DNA of 64,000 nt from Planctomycetota bacterium (GCA_038060895.1 JBBTCT010000012.1:62200-126199); one strand, 5' to 3'. Counted from the stretch's first letter, positions 28,813 through 40,500 are shown. A program made the numbers and translations. Notes: a model not told the origin generated them from the sequence alone.

Positions 28813-29921
28813 CCACGGAGATGCTCCAGGTGATCCGCACTGACGGGACCGTCGCTGGAAAAGCCGAGCCGCCGCTTCCCGAAGAATTGCTCCGGCGCTT
28901 TTACCGCACGATGGTCCAGGTCCGCGCGCTCGACGAAAAAGGGATGCTGCTTCAGCGCACGGGGCGCATCGGATTTTACGTTCCGAGCGGGGGGCAGGAA
29001 GCGGCGCAGGTCGGCGCGGCGGCGGCGCTGGAGGCGCAGGACTGGATCTTCCCGACGTACCGGGACCCGGGGATGGCGATCTGGAAGGGCGCGAGCCTGA
29101 CGGAGATGCTGGCGCACGAGTTCGGCTTCGCGACGGACCGCTGCAAAGGGCGGCAGATGCCGAACCACTACGCGTTCAAGGAGCTGAACTACGTGTCGAT
29201 CAGCTCGCCGATCGCGACGCAGCTCCCGCAGGCCGAGGGGTGCGCGATGGCGATCAAGATCAAGGGCACGAGCGAAGTCGTGCTCGGCTGCATGGGAGAC
29301 GGAGGGACGAGCGAGGGCGATTTCCACGTCGCGATGAATTTCGCGGGCGTCTACAAGTCCCCGATCGTTTTCTACTGCCAGAACAACCAGTGGGCGATCA
29401 GCGTCCCGCTGAAGGGCCAGACCGCGAGCGAGACGATTGCGATCAAGGCGAAGGCGTACGGCTTCCCCGGCGTGCAGTGCGACGGGAACGACGTCCTGGC
29501 GGTGTACAAGGCGGTCAAGGACGCGGTGGACCGCGCGCGGAGCGGTGGCGGGCCGAGTTTCGTCGAAGCGCTGACTTACCGCATGGGCCCGCACAGCTCG
29601 AGCGACGACCCGAAGCGGTATCGCCCGGCAGCGGAAGAAGAAGAGTGGAAAAGGAAGGACCCGATCGACCGCTTCCGGAAGTACCTGCAGAAGCAGGGGA
29701 TCTGGACGGAGGCGTTCGAGAAAGAGACCTGGGACAGGGCGCGCGAGGCGGTGAACGAGGCGGTGAAGGAAGTCGAGAAGGCCGGACCGCCGGCGGTGCA
29801 CACGATGTTCGAAGAGGTGTACAAGGAGATGCCCGCGGAGCTGGCGGAACAGCGGGATGGGTTGATCGAGTATTTGAAGACAGGCGAGATCAAGGACAGC
29901 GGCGAGGCGTTTCCGCTGTAA
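28809..29921 (+). CDS. pdhA: 2-oxoacid (pyruvate or branched-chain) dehydrogenase E1 alpha, copy 1
   Basis: GRQMPNH, GDGGTSEGDFH, NNQWAIS, YRMGPHSSSDDP. Confidence 0.9.
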   Translation: MTTEMLQVIRTDGTVAGKAEPPLPEELLRRFYRTMVQVRALDEKGMLLQRTGRIGFYVPSGGQEAAQVGAAAALEAQDWIFPTYRDPGMAIWKGASLTEMLAHEFGFATDRCKGRQMPNHYAFKELNYVSISSPIATQLPQAEGCAMAIKIKGTSEVVLGCMGDGGTSEGDFHVAMNFAGVYKSPIVFYCQNNQWAISVPLKGQTASETIAIKAKAYGFPGVQCDGNDVLAVYKAVKDAVDRARSGGGPSFVEALTYRMGPHSSSDDPKRYRPAAEEEEWKRKDPIDRFRKYLQKQGIWTEAFEKETWDRAREAVNEAVKEVEKAGPPAVHTMFEEVYKEMPAELAEQRDGLIEYLKTGEIKDSGEAFPL

Positions 29922-29931
29922 GTCGCTGTGA

Positions 29932-29991
29932 CCCTTAACCTTAACCTTCCGTTCCGCTCGAAGAACGACAGGTTAAGGGTAAGGTTAAGGG
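29932..29991. repeat. inverted repeat of CCTTAA hexamers
   Basis: CCCTTAACCTTAACCT...AGGTTAAGGGTAAGGTTAAGGG between E1a and E1b. Confidence 0.8.
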
Positions 29992-30019
29992 AAAGACTCT
30001 CACTCTACTGAGGTTTCGC

Positions 30020-30997
30020 ATGGCCACGCTGACCCTGCTTCAGGCCGTCAACGACTGCTTGAAGACCGAAATGCGCCGCGACGCCAATGTCGTCGTCCTT
30101 GGCGAAGACGTCGGCATCAACGGCGGCGTCTTCCGCGCGACCGAAGGCCTCCAGGCCGAGTTCGGCGGCGACCGCGTGATCGACACCCCGCTCGCCGAAT
30201 CGGGCATCATCGGCGCGGCCATCGGCATGGCGCTTTACGGCCTCCGCCCCGTCCCCGAGATCCAGTTCATGGACTTCATCTATCCCGCCTTCGACCAGAT
30301 CGTCAGCGAAGCCGCGAAACTCCGCTACCGCTCCGGCGGCCAGTTCCCCTGCCCCATGGTCATCCGCACCCCTTACGGCGGCGGCATCAAGGGCGGCCAC
30401 TACCACTCCCAGTCCAGCGAAGCCTACTTCTGCCACACCCCCGGCCTCCAGGTCGTGGTTCCATCGACGCCTTACGACACCAAGGGCCTGCTCGCGTCGT
30501 GCATCCGCGGCGAGGACCCGGTGCTTTTCCTGGAGCCGAAGCGCGTCTATCGCAGCGTGAAGGGCGAGGTTCCCGAGGGCGAGTACACGGTGCCGATCGG
30601 CAAGCTCGCGATTCCGCGGGAAGGCACGCAGGTCACGATCGTCGCATGGGGTTCGATGACGCACATCGCGCTCGAAGCGGCGGAGAAGGCGCAGACGGAG
30701 AAGGGCATTTCGTGCGAAGTCCTCGACCTGCGCTCGCTGGTGCCGCTGGACAAGCAGGCGCTTCTTGCAAGCGTGAAGAAAACCGGAAGAGTTGTCGTGA
30801 TCGGTGAAGCGCCCCGGACAGGCGGCTACGCGGGCGAGATCAGCGCGATCATCGCGGAAGAAGCGATTGAGTACATGGAAGCTCCGATCGTGCGGGTCAC
30901 GGGATTCGACACGCCGTTTCCGTACACCCTGGAGCATGCGTACATGCCGAATGCAGGGAGAGTGCTGAAGGCGATCGAGACGGTGGTCAACTTCTAG
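30020..30997 (+). CDS. pdhB: 2-oxoacid dehydrogenase E1 beta
   Basis: GEDVG, GGVFRAT, DTPLAE, EIQFMDF, YHSQS. Confidence 0.93.
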   Translation: MATLTLLQAVNDCLKTEMRRDANVVVLGEDVGINGGVFRATEGLQAEFGGDRVIDTPLAESGIIGAAIGMALYGLRPVPEIQFMDFIYPAFDQIVSEAAKLRYRSGGQFPCPMVIRTPYGGGIKGGHYHSQSSEAYFCHTPGLQVVVPSTPYDTKGLLASCIRGEDPVLFLEPKRVYRSVKGEVPEGEYTVPIGKLAIPREGTQVTIVAWGSMTHIALEAAEKAQTEKGISCEVLDLRSLVPLDKQALLASVKKTGRVVVIGEAPRTGGYAGEISAIIAEEAIEYMEAPIVRVTGFDTPFPYTLEHAYMPNAGRVLKAIETVVNF

Positions 30998-31006
30998 GCT
31001 TGGTCG

Positions 31007-31122
31007 TATCCGCGCGTTATCCGCCGGTATCAGCTTTTATCAGCGAAAGTCTTTCTTTTTTTCCGAAAAAAAGAACAGCCTTTCGCGGATAAGAGCTGAT
31101 GAAGGCTTATAACGCGCGGATA
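31007..31122. repeat. 116-bp inverted repeat with about 10-nt periodic units (ATCCGC/ATCAGC)
   Basis: TATCCGCGCGTTAT/ATAACGCGCGGATA, ATCAGCTTTTATCAGCGAAAG/CTTTCGCGGATAAGAGCTGAT, inner TTCTTTTTTTC/GAAAAAAAGAA. Confidence 0.85.
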
Positions 31123-31154
31123 AGGCTCCCTTAACAGGACTGAGACGAGGAAAC

Positions 31155-32453
31155 ATGGACTTCAAGCTCCCCGACATCGGCGAAGGCATTCACGAAGGCG
31201 AAGTCGTCAAGTGGCTCGTCAAGGAAGGCGACGCCGTCAAGGAAGACCAGCCGATCGTGCAGGTCATGACCGACAAGGCGACCGTCGAGATCCCTTCTCC
31301 CACCACGGGTCGGATCGGGAAGATCATGGCGGCCGAGGGGAAAGTTGCGCTCGTCGGAAGCGTGCTCGTCACCATCGAGACCGGAGTCGCCGTGGCGGGC
31401 AAGCCTGCGGCCACAAAGGTCGCTCCCGCCAATGGTCCCGGTCATGCAGCTGCGGGGGGCGGCCCTCCGAAGATCGGCACCGACACCATGATCACGCGAG
31501 AAGTCGTCCGCGCCGCCGTCGAAGCGCAGGCCGCGGTGATCGCGCCGGTCGCGCGCAGGGTGAACGGCAAAGTCCTTGCCGCTCCCGCCACGCGCAAGCT
31601 GGCCCGCGAAATGGGCGTCGATCTCGGCACCGTTTCAGGCTCCGGTCCCAACGGCCGCGTCACGAAGGACGACCTCAAGACCTTCGTCAGCGCACCGACG
31701 AAAGTCATCTCAGCCCCGGCCGCCGCCTTCGCGCCGATGGCCATCGCTTCCTCGGCAGGCGACGAACGCGTCCCCCTCCGCGGCCTCCGCAAAATCATCG
31801 CGGAAGCCATGCACCGCTCGAAGTCCACCGCCGCCCATTACACCTACGTCGAGGAGGTGGACGTCACGGAGCTCGTCAACTTCCGCGCTTCCGCCAAGAA
31901 AGCCGCCGAACAGCGCGGCGCGCGGCTGACCTACTTGCCGTTCATCATCAAGGCGGTCGTCGCGGGGCTTAAGGAATCCCCCTACGTCAACGCGTCGCTC
32001 GACGACGCTGCCGGCGAGATCGTGCTCAAGAAGTCCTACAACATCGGCGTCGCCGCCGCGACCGACGAGGGGCTCATGGTCCCGGTCGTGAAAGACGCGG
32101 ACAAGAAGTCGCTCCTCACGATTGCGAAGGAGCTCGACGACCTCGCCAACCGCACCCGGGCCAAGCGCGCGACGCGCGACGAGCTGCGCGGGTCGACGTT
32201 CACGATCACGTCGCTCGGGTCGCTCGGCGGACTCTTCGCCACACCGATCATTAACTTCCCCGAAGTCGCGATCATGGGGGTGCACAAGATCGTGAAGCGC
32301 CCCTGGGTGATCGACGACAAGATCGTCATCCGGGACATCATGCTGCTCTCGCTGTCGCTCGACCACCGCGTGGTCGACGGCGCGGTCGGCGCGCAGTTCA
32401 TGAACCGCGTCGTCGAGATTCTGCAGGATCCGAAGCTCCTGCTGCTCGAGTAG
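31155..32453 (+). CDS. pdhC: dihydrolipoamide acyltransferase E2
   Basis: Lipoyl TDKAT, E3-binding AAPATRKLARE, catalytic DHRVVDG. Confidence 0.93.
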   Translation: MDFKLPDIGEGIHEGEVVKWLVKEGDAVKEDQPIVQVMTDKATVEIPSPTTGRIGKIMAAEGKVALVGSVLVTIETGVAVAGKPAATKVAPANGPGHAAAGGGPPKIGTDTMITREVVRAAVEAQAAVIAPVARRVNGKVLAAPATRKLAREMGVDLGTVSGSGPNGRVTKDDLKTFVSAPTKVISAPAAAFAPMAIASSAGDERVPLRGLRKIIAEAMHRSKSTAAHYTYVEEVDVTELVNFRASAKKAAEQRGARLTYLPFIIKAVVAGLKESPYVNASLDDAAGEIVLKKSYNIGVAAATDEGLMVPVVKDADKKSLLTIAKELDDLANRTRAKRATRDELRGSTFTITSLGSLGGLFATPIINFPEVAIMGVHKIVKRPWVIDDKIVIRDIMLLSLSLDHRVVDGAVGAQFMNRVVEILQDPKLLLLE

Positions 32454-32456
32454 CGG

Positions 32457-33608
32457 ATGGCCGTGATCACGAAAAATCCGGGCGCGACCGCGAAGCCGCC
32501 GGCCGGCGAGCCCGCGATGCTGCAGATCCTGCGCGAGGACGGAAGCGCGAACGAGGCGCTCGATCCGAAGCTGCCGGCCGCGGAGCTGAAGACGCTGTAC
32601 CGCTTCATGCTCCAGCTGCGCATCTTCGACACGCGCATGCTGCTGCTGCAGCGGAGCGGCCGCATCGGGTTTTACGGGACGGCGACGGGGCAGGAAGCGA
32701 GCACGATCGGGACGGCGTACCCGCTGAAGGACGAGGACTGGATTTTCCCGGCGCTGCGCGAGGGCGGGACGCTGGCGCTTCGCAGGTACCCGATCCGCCT
32801 GATGGTGGCGCAGCTGATCGGGAACGCGATCGACGCGTGCAAGGGGCGGCAGATGCCGTGCCATTACACGGACACGGAGCGCCATTACGTCGCGATGTCC
32901 TCGGTGATCGCGACGCAGTTCCCGCAGGCGGTGGGCGCGGCAATGGCGGCGAAGATCAGGGGGGACAAGGTCGTCGTGATGGGCTACATCGGCGACGGCG
33001 GGACGAGCGCCGCGGACTTCCACGTCGCCATGAATTTCGCGGGTGTTTACAAGCCGCCGGTCGTCCTCGTCTGCCAGAACAACCACTGGGCGATTTCGGT
33101 GCCCCTGTGCGCGCAGACGGCGAGCGAGACGATCGCGCAGAAGGCGGTCGCGTACGGCATGGAAGGGGTCCGCGTCGACGGGAACGACATCCTGGCCGTG
33201 GTGACCGCTTCACGGAAGGCGATCGAAAAGGCGCGTGCCGGCAAGGGACCGACGTTCCTGGAATGCGTCACTTACCGGAGGCTGGGTCACTCTTCTTCCG
33301 ACGACCCCACCCGGTACCGCGACGCCGCCGAGGTCAAGGCCTGGGAGGAGAAGGACCCGATCGAACGCTTCAGGAAATACCTCTCAAATAAAAACATCTG
33401 GACCGACGCCTGGCAGAAGCAGCTCGAAACGGAAATCAACGGCGAAATCACGGCCGGCGTGCGCGAAGGAGAGGCCGCCGGCCCGCCGCCGGTTTCCACG
33501 ATGTTCGACGACGTCTTCAAGGAAGTCCCGCCGGTTCTCGAAGAACAGCGGCAGGATCTGCTGCGGCAGGATGAGGCGAAGAAGGGGGATGGGGCGTTCC
33601 CTCTGTAG
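32457..33608 (+). CDS. pdhA: 2-oxoacid dehydrogenase E1 alpha, copy 2
   Basis: GRQMPCH, GDGGTSAADFH, NNHWAIS, GHSSSDDP. Confidence 0.88.
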   Translation: MAVITKNPGATAKPPAGEPAMLQILREDGSANEALDPKLPAAELKTLYRFMLQLRIFDTRMLLLQRSGRIGFYGTATGQEASTIGTAYPLKDEDWIFPALREGGTLALRRYPIRLMVAQLIGNAIDACKGRQMPCHYTDTERHYVAMSSVIATQFPQAVGAAMAAKIRGDKVVVMGYIGDGGTSAADFHVAMNFAGVYKPPVVLVCQNNHWAISVPLCAQTASETIAQKAVAYGMEGVRVDGNDILAVVTASRKAIEKARAGKGPTFLECVTYRRLGHSSSDDPTRYRDAAEVKAWEEKDPIERFRKYLSNKNIWTDAWQKQLETEINGEITAGVREGEAAGPPPVSTMFDDVFKEVPPVLEEQRQDLLRQDEAKKGDGAFPL

Positions 33609-33628
33609 GCCGTGGCTAGAATGTCGAG

Positions 33629-34465
33629 GTGCTCAGCCTCCTCCTGGCCCTCGCCCTCTTCGCCGGCTTCTTCGCGCTCGGCTCCTGGGTCGGAATCCGC
33701 CGGGCGAAAGCCGCGCCCTGGTGCGTGGGGGCGGCAGTAATCCTGATCTTCCTGAGGATCTTCTGGCGACTCTACCCGCAGTTCGAATATCCGCTCTTCC
33801 CTTTCGACTGGTACGTCGACGTGCGGCCATGGTGGGTGTTCGCGCCGGCGCAGTTCGCGGTCGGAGTCGGGGCGGCGAAGATGTCGACGAAGGGCGCGCG
33901 GGTGGGTGTGGGGATGCTGGGACTGCTTCTCTGGGTCGTGTCGGGGCAGCGGATGTTCCTGTCGTACATGCTGCCGCAGGACGAGATGAAGGGCCTGCCG
34001 GACGACAAGGGGGTGGTGCGGCAGACGACGGACTACACGTGCGGGTCGGCGGCGGCGGCGACGGTGCTGACACAGATGGGAGTGCCGTCGACCGAACGGG
34101 AGATGGCGGGCTTGTGCGGGACGAACGCGTTCACGGGGACGGATGAATTCGGGGTGGCGAAGGGGTTGCGGGCGAAGTTGCCGGGGCGAAGAGTGCGCGT
34201 CGAAGGCGGGGACTGGGAGGATCTGAAGAAGGCGCCGATGCCGGCGGCGGTGACGATCCGGTTTGTGCCGTGGATCGACCATTGGGTGGTGGTGCTGGAA
34301 GTGCAGGAGGGAGGGGTGATCGTGGGGGACCCGGTGGGGGGAAGGAAGGCGATGGGGAAGGACATCTTCGTGAGGAAATGGAGGGGGGTGATGGTTACCG
34401 TGGAAGACGACAACAACGAAGGGAAAAACGAAAAACAAAAAACGAAAAACGAAAAGGACCGCTGA
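33629..34465 (+). CDS. membrane protein with C39-family cysteine peptidase domain
   Basis: About four TM helices, then QTTDYTCG, DHWVVV, VGDP. Confidence 0.8.
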   Translation: MLSLLLALALFAGFFALGSWVGIRRAKAAPWCVGAAVILIFLRIFWRLYPQFEYPLFPFDWYVDVRPWWVFAPAQFAVGVGAAKMSTKGARVGVGMLGLLLWVVSGQRMFLSYMLPQDEMKGLPDDKGVVRQTTDYTCGSAAAATVLTQMGVPSTEREMAGLCGTNAFTGTDEFGVAKGLRAKLPGRRVRVEGGDWEDLKKAPMPAAVTIRFVPWIDHWVVVLEVQEGGVIVGDPVGGRKAMGKDIFVRKWRGVMVTVEDDNNEGKNEKQKTKNEKDR

Positions 34466-34540
34466 ACACAGGCTTCGGCCGCAGGGTGGCTGCACTTTTC
34501 GTTTTTTGTTTTTCGTTTTTCGTTTTTCGTTTCGTTGTTG
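34411..34540. repeat. inverted repeat of AAAAACG/CGTTTTT heptamers overlapping the 3' end of the C39 gene
   Basis: CAACAACGAA..(AAAAACG)n ... (CGTTTTT)n..TTCGTTGTTG. Confidence 0.85.
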
Positions 34541-34589
34541 CCGTTTGTCGCAGCAGCCATCTCCGCCCGCTAGAATCCCCACCTTCACC

Positions 34590-37500
34590 ATGAGTCTCCC
34601 CCCCGATGACCGCGCTCTGGTCGGCACCGTGGTCCGTGACCGATATGAAGTCCTTCGCCTCCTCGGCCAGGGCGGCATGGGCTCCGTCTATGCGGTCAAG
34701 GACCGCCAGTCCGGCGCCGAACGCGCGCTGAAAGTCCTCGGCACCACGCAGGGCGGCCTCCGCATCGCCCAGCACCGCTTCAAGCGCGAATTCAGCACCA
34801 TCTCGCGCGTGTCCCACCCCGGGATTGTCGCCGTGTACGACTTCGGCGAACTCAACGGCGTGCTCTTCTATGTGATGGAACTCCTCACCAACGCCACTAT
34901 CGCCGAGCGGATCCCGAAGCCTCCCGAACTGCCCGACCGCGCGAAGATCACCGCCTCTCTCAAGATGATGTCGGAGGTGATCGACGCGCTGGCGTACGTT
35001 CACCAGCACCACCTCATCCACCGCGACCTCAAACCTTCGAACCTGATCTTCGGCGCCGATGGGAAGCCGCGTATCACGGACTTCGGGCTCGCGAAGGATT
35101 TCGACAACGCGATCACGCTCACGGAGTCGGGGTCAATCCTGGGCACGCTGTCGCACATGGCGCCGGAGCAGCTCCAGGGCCGCAAGATCGACCATCGCGC
35201 GGACCTCTACGCGACCGGGATCATCCTCTACCAGCTCGTCTGCGGGCGGCTTCCCTTCTCCGAGACCAACCCTCTCGCCCTGATGCGCCAGCAGGTCACC
35301 CAGGCGCCGCTCGCGCCGTCGAAGCACAACCCGGCGGTGCCGCGCGAGCTGGACGACGTGATCATGAAGCTGCTCGCGCGTGATCCTGTCGACCGATACC
35401 CGAACGCGAACCTTCTCGCGGCGGACGTCGCCGCCGTCATCAAGGGCGACAAGCCGGCAGCTTCTGCTGCGGGCGCCCAATCCACCGACCAGCGCACCAC
35501 GATCGCGACGGCGGCGGGGTACGTCGGGCGGCAGGAGGATCTCCAGAAGATGCAGAGCGTGCTCGAGCAGGCCGGGGCCGGAGAAGGCGGGACGGCGGTG
35601 ATCCTGGGCGAAGCGGGGATCGGCAAGACGCGCTTCGTCGAGGAGTTCTGCGCGCGGGCCCTGATGTACGGCGTGACGTTCCTGAAGGGTCGCGCGGACC
35701 GGCGGGCCGGCGTCTTTTACCGGCCGTTCATCGAGATGATCGAGGCGTACAGCGCGCGGATCGGGCAGTACGACGCCGATCTCGAGGTCGCGCTGTTCTC
35801 GGACATCGGCCGGGTCCTGTCGCGGCTGGTGCCGCGGCTCCTCGAAAGAAAGAGCATCGCCGAGGCCCCGGAACCCAGCGCGCTCGAGCCCGGAGAGAAC
35901 AAAGTCCGCCTCTTCGACGCCGTCACGCGGTTTTTCCTGCGCATCGCACAGCAGGAAACGCTGGTGCTCTTCTTCGACGACTTCCAGCAGGTTGACGAAC
36001 TCTCCCTGGAGCTGTTCCAGTACCTCGGCCGCAACGCCCGCACCGCCCGGCTCGTGCTCGTCGCCGCATGCCGCGGCGAGGACCTCGCGCCGCGCGGCGG
36101 AAAGGCGCACCCGGTGGACGCGACCCTTACGGCGCTGAAGCGCGAAGGGGTGAAGTGCGAGACGATCACGCTGAAGCGGCTGTCCGAGGCGGACACGGCG
36201 CGGCTCGCGGCTGCGCTCGCGCCGGGCGTGGAGCTGTCGAAGCTGTTCGTGGAGAGGCTGCACGGGCGGACGGCGGGCGTCCCCTACTTCGTGGAGGAAC
36301 TCCTCCGCTGGCTGCGTGAACAGGGCGCGCTGGAAAAGGGGCAGTGGCCCGAGGAAGTCCCCGAGACCGTGGAGGCGGTGCTGCGCGAGCGGCTCGAGGG
36401 GATCGACGAGAAGGTGCTCGGCGCGCTGCGCGGCGCCGCCGTCGTCGGCGAGGAATTCGAATTCGAGGTCCTTCTGCGCGCGACAGGCGAGGACGAGGGA
36501 GCTCTTCTCGAGGCCATCGACTCCGGGGTCCGCGCCAAAGTCCTCAAGGAACGCCCCGGCGAGCGCTACGCGTTCGTGCACCCGCTTCTACGCATGATGC
36601 TGTACTCGAAGATGCTGCCGCGGCGGCGGAAGCTGCTTCACAGCGCGATCGCAAAGGCGCTCGAGGAGCGCAGCGGTGACACGGGCACGCGAGAGGCGGC
36701 CGAGGCGCTGGCGTACCACTGGACGAATGCAGGCGACCGCGAGAAGGCAACGGGGTACGCGATCGAGGCGGCGCGCAAGGCGTTCGGCGTGTACGCGAAT
36801 GAGGCGGCGCGCGGGCACGCCGAGGCGGCGGTGCGCGGGCTGGAGGACAAGAGCGACCCCGCAACCATGCAGCGGATGTACGACACGCTGGACCTGCTCT
36901 ACGACATCCTGATGGTCTCGGGCTCGAGCGTGGACGGGACCGCCGCGGCCAATCGAATGGTCCTCATCGCCGGGCAACTCGCCGATCCCGAGCGCCGCGC
37001 GAAGGCCCACTACAAGCTCGCGCGCGCCGAGCAGCAGGCCGGGCACTACCAGGCGACGATTGCACACCTCGGGGAAGCGCTTCGCGAGACGCAGTCCCCC
37101 GCGCTTCGCGTCATCTCAATGGGCGTCCTCGCGTTCACGCTCGCGGAAAAACTCGGGAAGCCGCACGAAGGCCTGGCGATGGCCGAGGAGGCCGTGAAGC
37201 TCTCCGAGGGAATCACCGACAATGTCGCGCGCTTCCAGGCCATGAATTCCCTCGGCGTCGCGCGCCTGCGCGGCGGGCAGCTCGCGGCGGCGGCGGACCA
37301 GATGCGCAAGAACGTGGAGTTCGCGCGCGAGAAGGGGATGAAGCTGCAGGAGTGCGGCGCGCTGAACAACCTGTCGGTCGCGTTCGAGTCGATGAACCGG
37401 CACGACGAACAGCTGGTGACGCTGAAAGAAGCGCTGGACCGCGCGCGGCAGATCGGGTTCCTGGCGGGCGAATGCCTGTACCTCGTCGGCCTCGCGAGCG

Positions 37501-40500
37501 TGCTCTCCGACGCGGAGTCGCCGGACGCGGAGCCGCTGGCCCGGCAGGCGCGGGAACTATCGAAGCGCGCGGGGTTCCTGTCCTCGTACCAGAGCGCGTG
37601 CAATCTCCTGGCGCGGCTGGCGTCGAAGCGGGCGGAGTTCGAGGAGTGCCGGAAGATCCTCTCCGAAATCCTCGCGGACAAGGAGACGAACATCGGCGTC
37701 CTGGTGGACTCCCAGCTCGCGGACACGGATGCCGCCATTCGCCTGGGGAAAGGCGAAGAGGGAATGGCGGGGCTCGCCGCCCTCGCCGCGCGGCTGAAGG
37801 ACCTGCCGCCGTCGACGTGGGTCATCGGATTCCAGGTCGACCGCGCGGGAATCCTGATCCAGGCGGGCCACCTGCTCGACGCAAAGTACTTCGACGAGGC
37901 CGCCGCCGTCCTCGACGCCGTCGCGGCTCCGCTGGCAACGATCGACGCTCCCGGGATGGCGAATTACTTCCGCTTCTGCCTCGGCCGCGTCGCCGCAGCG
38001 CGCGGCGACGGCGCGAAATCCGAAGAGCATTTCCGGGCGTGCATTCCTTTCCTCCTTTCCCAGCCCTCCCAGGTCAGCCGGGCGACGACGCGGGCGTGGC
38101 TCGCCGTTTCCCAGGAGGCGATGGGCCGGCTGCCGCAGGCGAGGGAGCTTTGGGTGCAAGCCGAAGAGGACATGCTGCGCGCCGGACTCCAGCCGCTCTG
38201 GCAAAGCTACATCCGGGCGCTTCCCCGGATGGCCGCGCTGGCCGCTTCAGAAGCGAGCGAAGCGCGGACCGAGGTCCGGCCTGCGCCGCCGTCGGGGCTT
38301 CTGCTGGACATCCCGCCGTTCGTGGGGCGGGAAGCGGAGATGGAGTGGCTGCGCGAGCGGATGAAGGAAACGCTCGAGAAGAAATCGGGCGGGCTCGTCG
38401 TCTTCCGGGGCCCGACGGGGATCGGGAAAACTCGGCTGCTGCGCGAATTCGGCGCGGTCGCCGCGCGCGACGGCATCGCGGTGCTGACGGGCGTGGCGCG
38501 CGAGGAGAACCGGGCGGTCGCCCACGGCCCGTGGATCCCGATTGCGAGGCAGGCGCTCGAACTTCTCCCCGAAAACCGCGTCGCCCCCGACCTTGCGGCC
38601 GCTCTTCGCGCCGGAGTCCCGGAGCTGGCCGATCTCCCGCGGCTGGCCCGCATTGCCCCGGGGGAAGTTCGCGTCCCGAAAGGAGAACTGACTCCCGAAA
38701 TCGAGCGCCTGCGGGTTCACGACGCCATCGCACGGCTGGTGGAGGGCGTGGCGGCCGGCGCCGGAAAGGACAAGCCGGGGCTGGTCCTCATCCTCGACGA
38801 TGCCAGCGCGGCCGACGAGTCTTCCCTCGACCTGCTCGCCTTCCTCGCCCGCTCCGTCCGCCGCCACCCCGTGCTCTTCCTCGCCAACTTCAACACGGAG
38901 GACGCCGGCGAGGCCCATCCGCTCTCGCGCCGCCTCGCCGCCCTGGTTCGCGACCGGGAAGCGGTCCTTCGCGAGCTCGATCCGCTGCGTGCCTCCGACA
39001 TCGTCACGCTCGTCACCGCCCTGGTCGGCCAGCGTCGCGACGCCGCCGACCTGGCCGCCGTCGTCGCGGAAAAATCGGGAGGCAACCCGCTCTTCGCGCG
39101 TGAACTCCTCCTCGCAATTTTCCGCGGCGGGCTCGTCGAGGAAAACGACGAGCGGTACAAGCTGAAGACGCAGTCGATCCGTCTTCCCGACACCATCGCG
39201 GGACTCCTCCGCCACCAGCTCGAGGGTCTCAACCCCGACGTCCTGCGCGTCCTCTCAGGCGCCTCCGTCATCGGGCGCGAGTTCGACTTCGAGACGCTCA
39301 TGGACATCTCCTCGGCGCAGGAAAAGCAGCTCGTCGATTGGCTCGAAGGCCTCGTCAAGATCGGCATCCTCGAGTCCGTCCCGGAAGACCCCCTCGGCCG
39401 CGACCTGTACCGCTTCCAGGCACCCCAGATGCGCGAAGTCATCTACAGCGGCGTCCCGAAAGTCGAACGCGAGGTCCTCCACCGGCGCGTCGCCGAGTCG
39501 CTCGAACGCGCGAGCCTCGCCCGCAAGGGCGTGAGCGCGGGCGAACTGGCGCACCACTTCGTGCTGGGCGGCGGCGGCCGGAAGGCGCGCGACTATTCGC
39601 TGGAGGCCGGCATCAAGGCGTCCAAGGTGTGCGCCAACGGCGAGGCCAAGTCGCACCTCGAGAACGCCTTGAGGGTCATGAAGTCCGACGCGGCGCTCCA
39701 GGATCGCGGCAAGTCCTTCGACGCGCTCAGCGAACTCGCGCAGGTCCAGATGCGTGTCGGTGAAAACGCCGAGGCACGGCGCCTTTGCGACGAAGCGGTC
39801 GCCGTCGCCGAGACGCCGGTCCAGCGCGCCCGCCTCGGCCGGGCGCTGGCGCAGGCGATGCACCGCGCCGGCGACCTCAAGGAGGCCGCGCGCATCTGCG
39901 ACGAGACCCTCCGCCGTCTCGCCCTCGACCTCTCCGGCAAGGGCGCCCAGGATTTCCGCACGTCGCTTCCCCGCCCCGCTGACATTCCCCAGGACGCCGC
40001 GGAGCATGCCGCGGGGCTCCTCGGGACACTGTCGTTCGAGCACAGCTACCTCGGCAACCGGGTGCTGTCGCAGGAACTCTGCGTCCTGTCACGCCAGTAC
40101 GCGGAGCGCACCCAGAAGCCGGAAGCCATCGCCAACGCCCTCAAGACCGAAGCGTTCGTGCTGCAGGACGACGGCAAGCACGAGCAGGCACGGGCCGCCT
40201 ACGAACAGGCGCTTCGCCTCCAGCGCGCCCAGGGGAACAGGTGGGCCGAAGCGGCGCTTCTGAACAATCTTGCCGGCGTGGACACCTCCTCCGGCCACGT
40301 CCGGGAAGGGCTCGACCGGTACATCGCTTCCGCCCGGCTTTTCGCCGAGGTCGGCGACCTAGTAGAGCACGGCCGCCAGCTCACCAACATCGGCCGCGCG
40401 CAGCTCGACCTGGGCGACTGGAAGGACGCCGAGGTCACCCTCGTGCAGGCGCTCGACCTCAACGTCCGCCTGCGCGAGCGCCGCTCGATGTGCTTCGTCC

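Noticed and set aside
33629-34465. Bacteriocin/RiPP cluster around the C39 peptidase
   Set aside because: No ABC transporter, modification enzyme or double-glycine precursor nearby.
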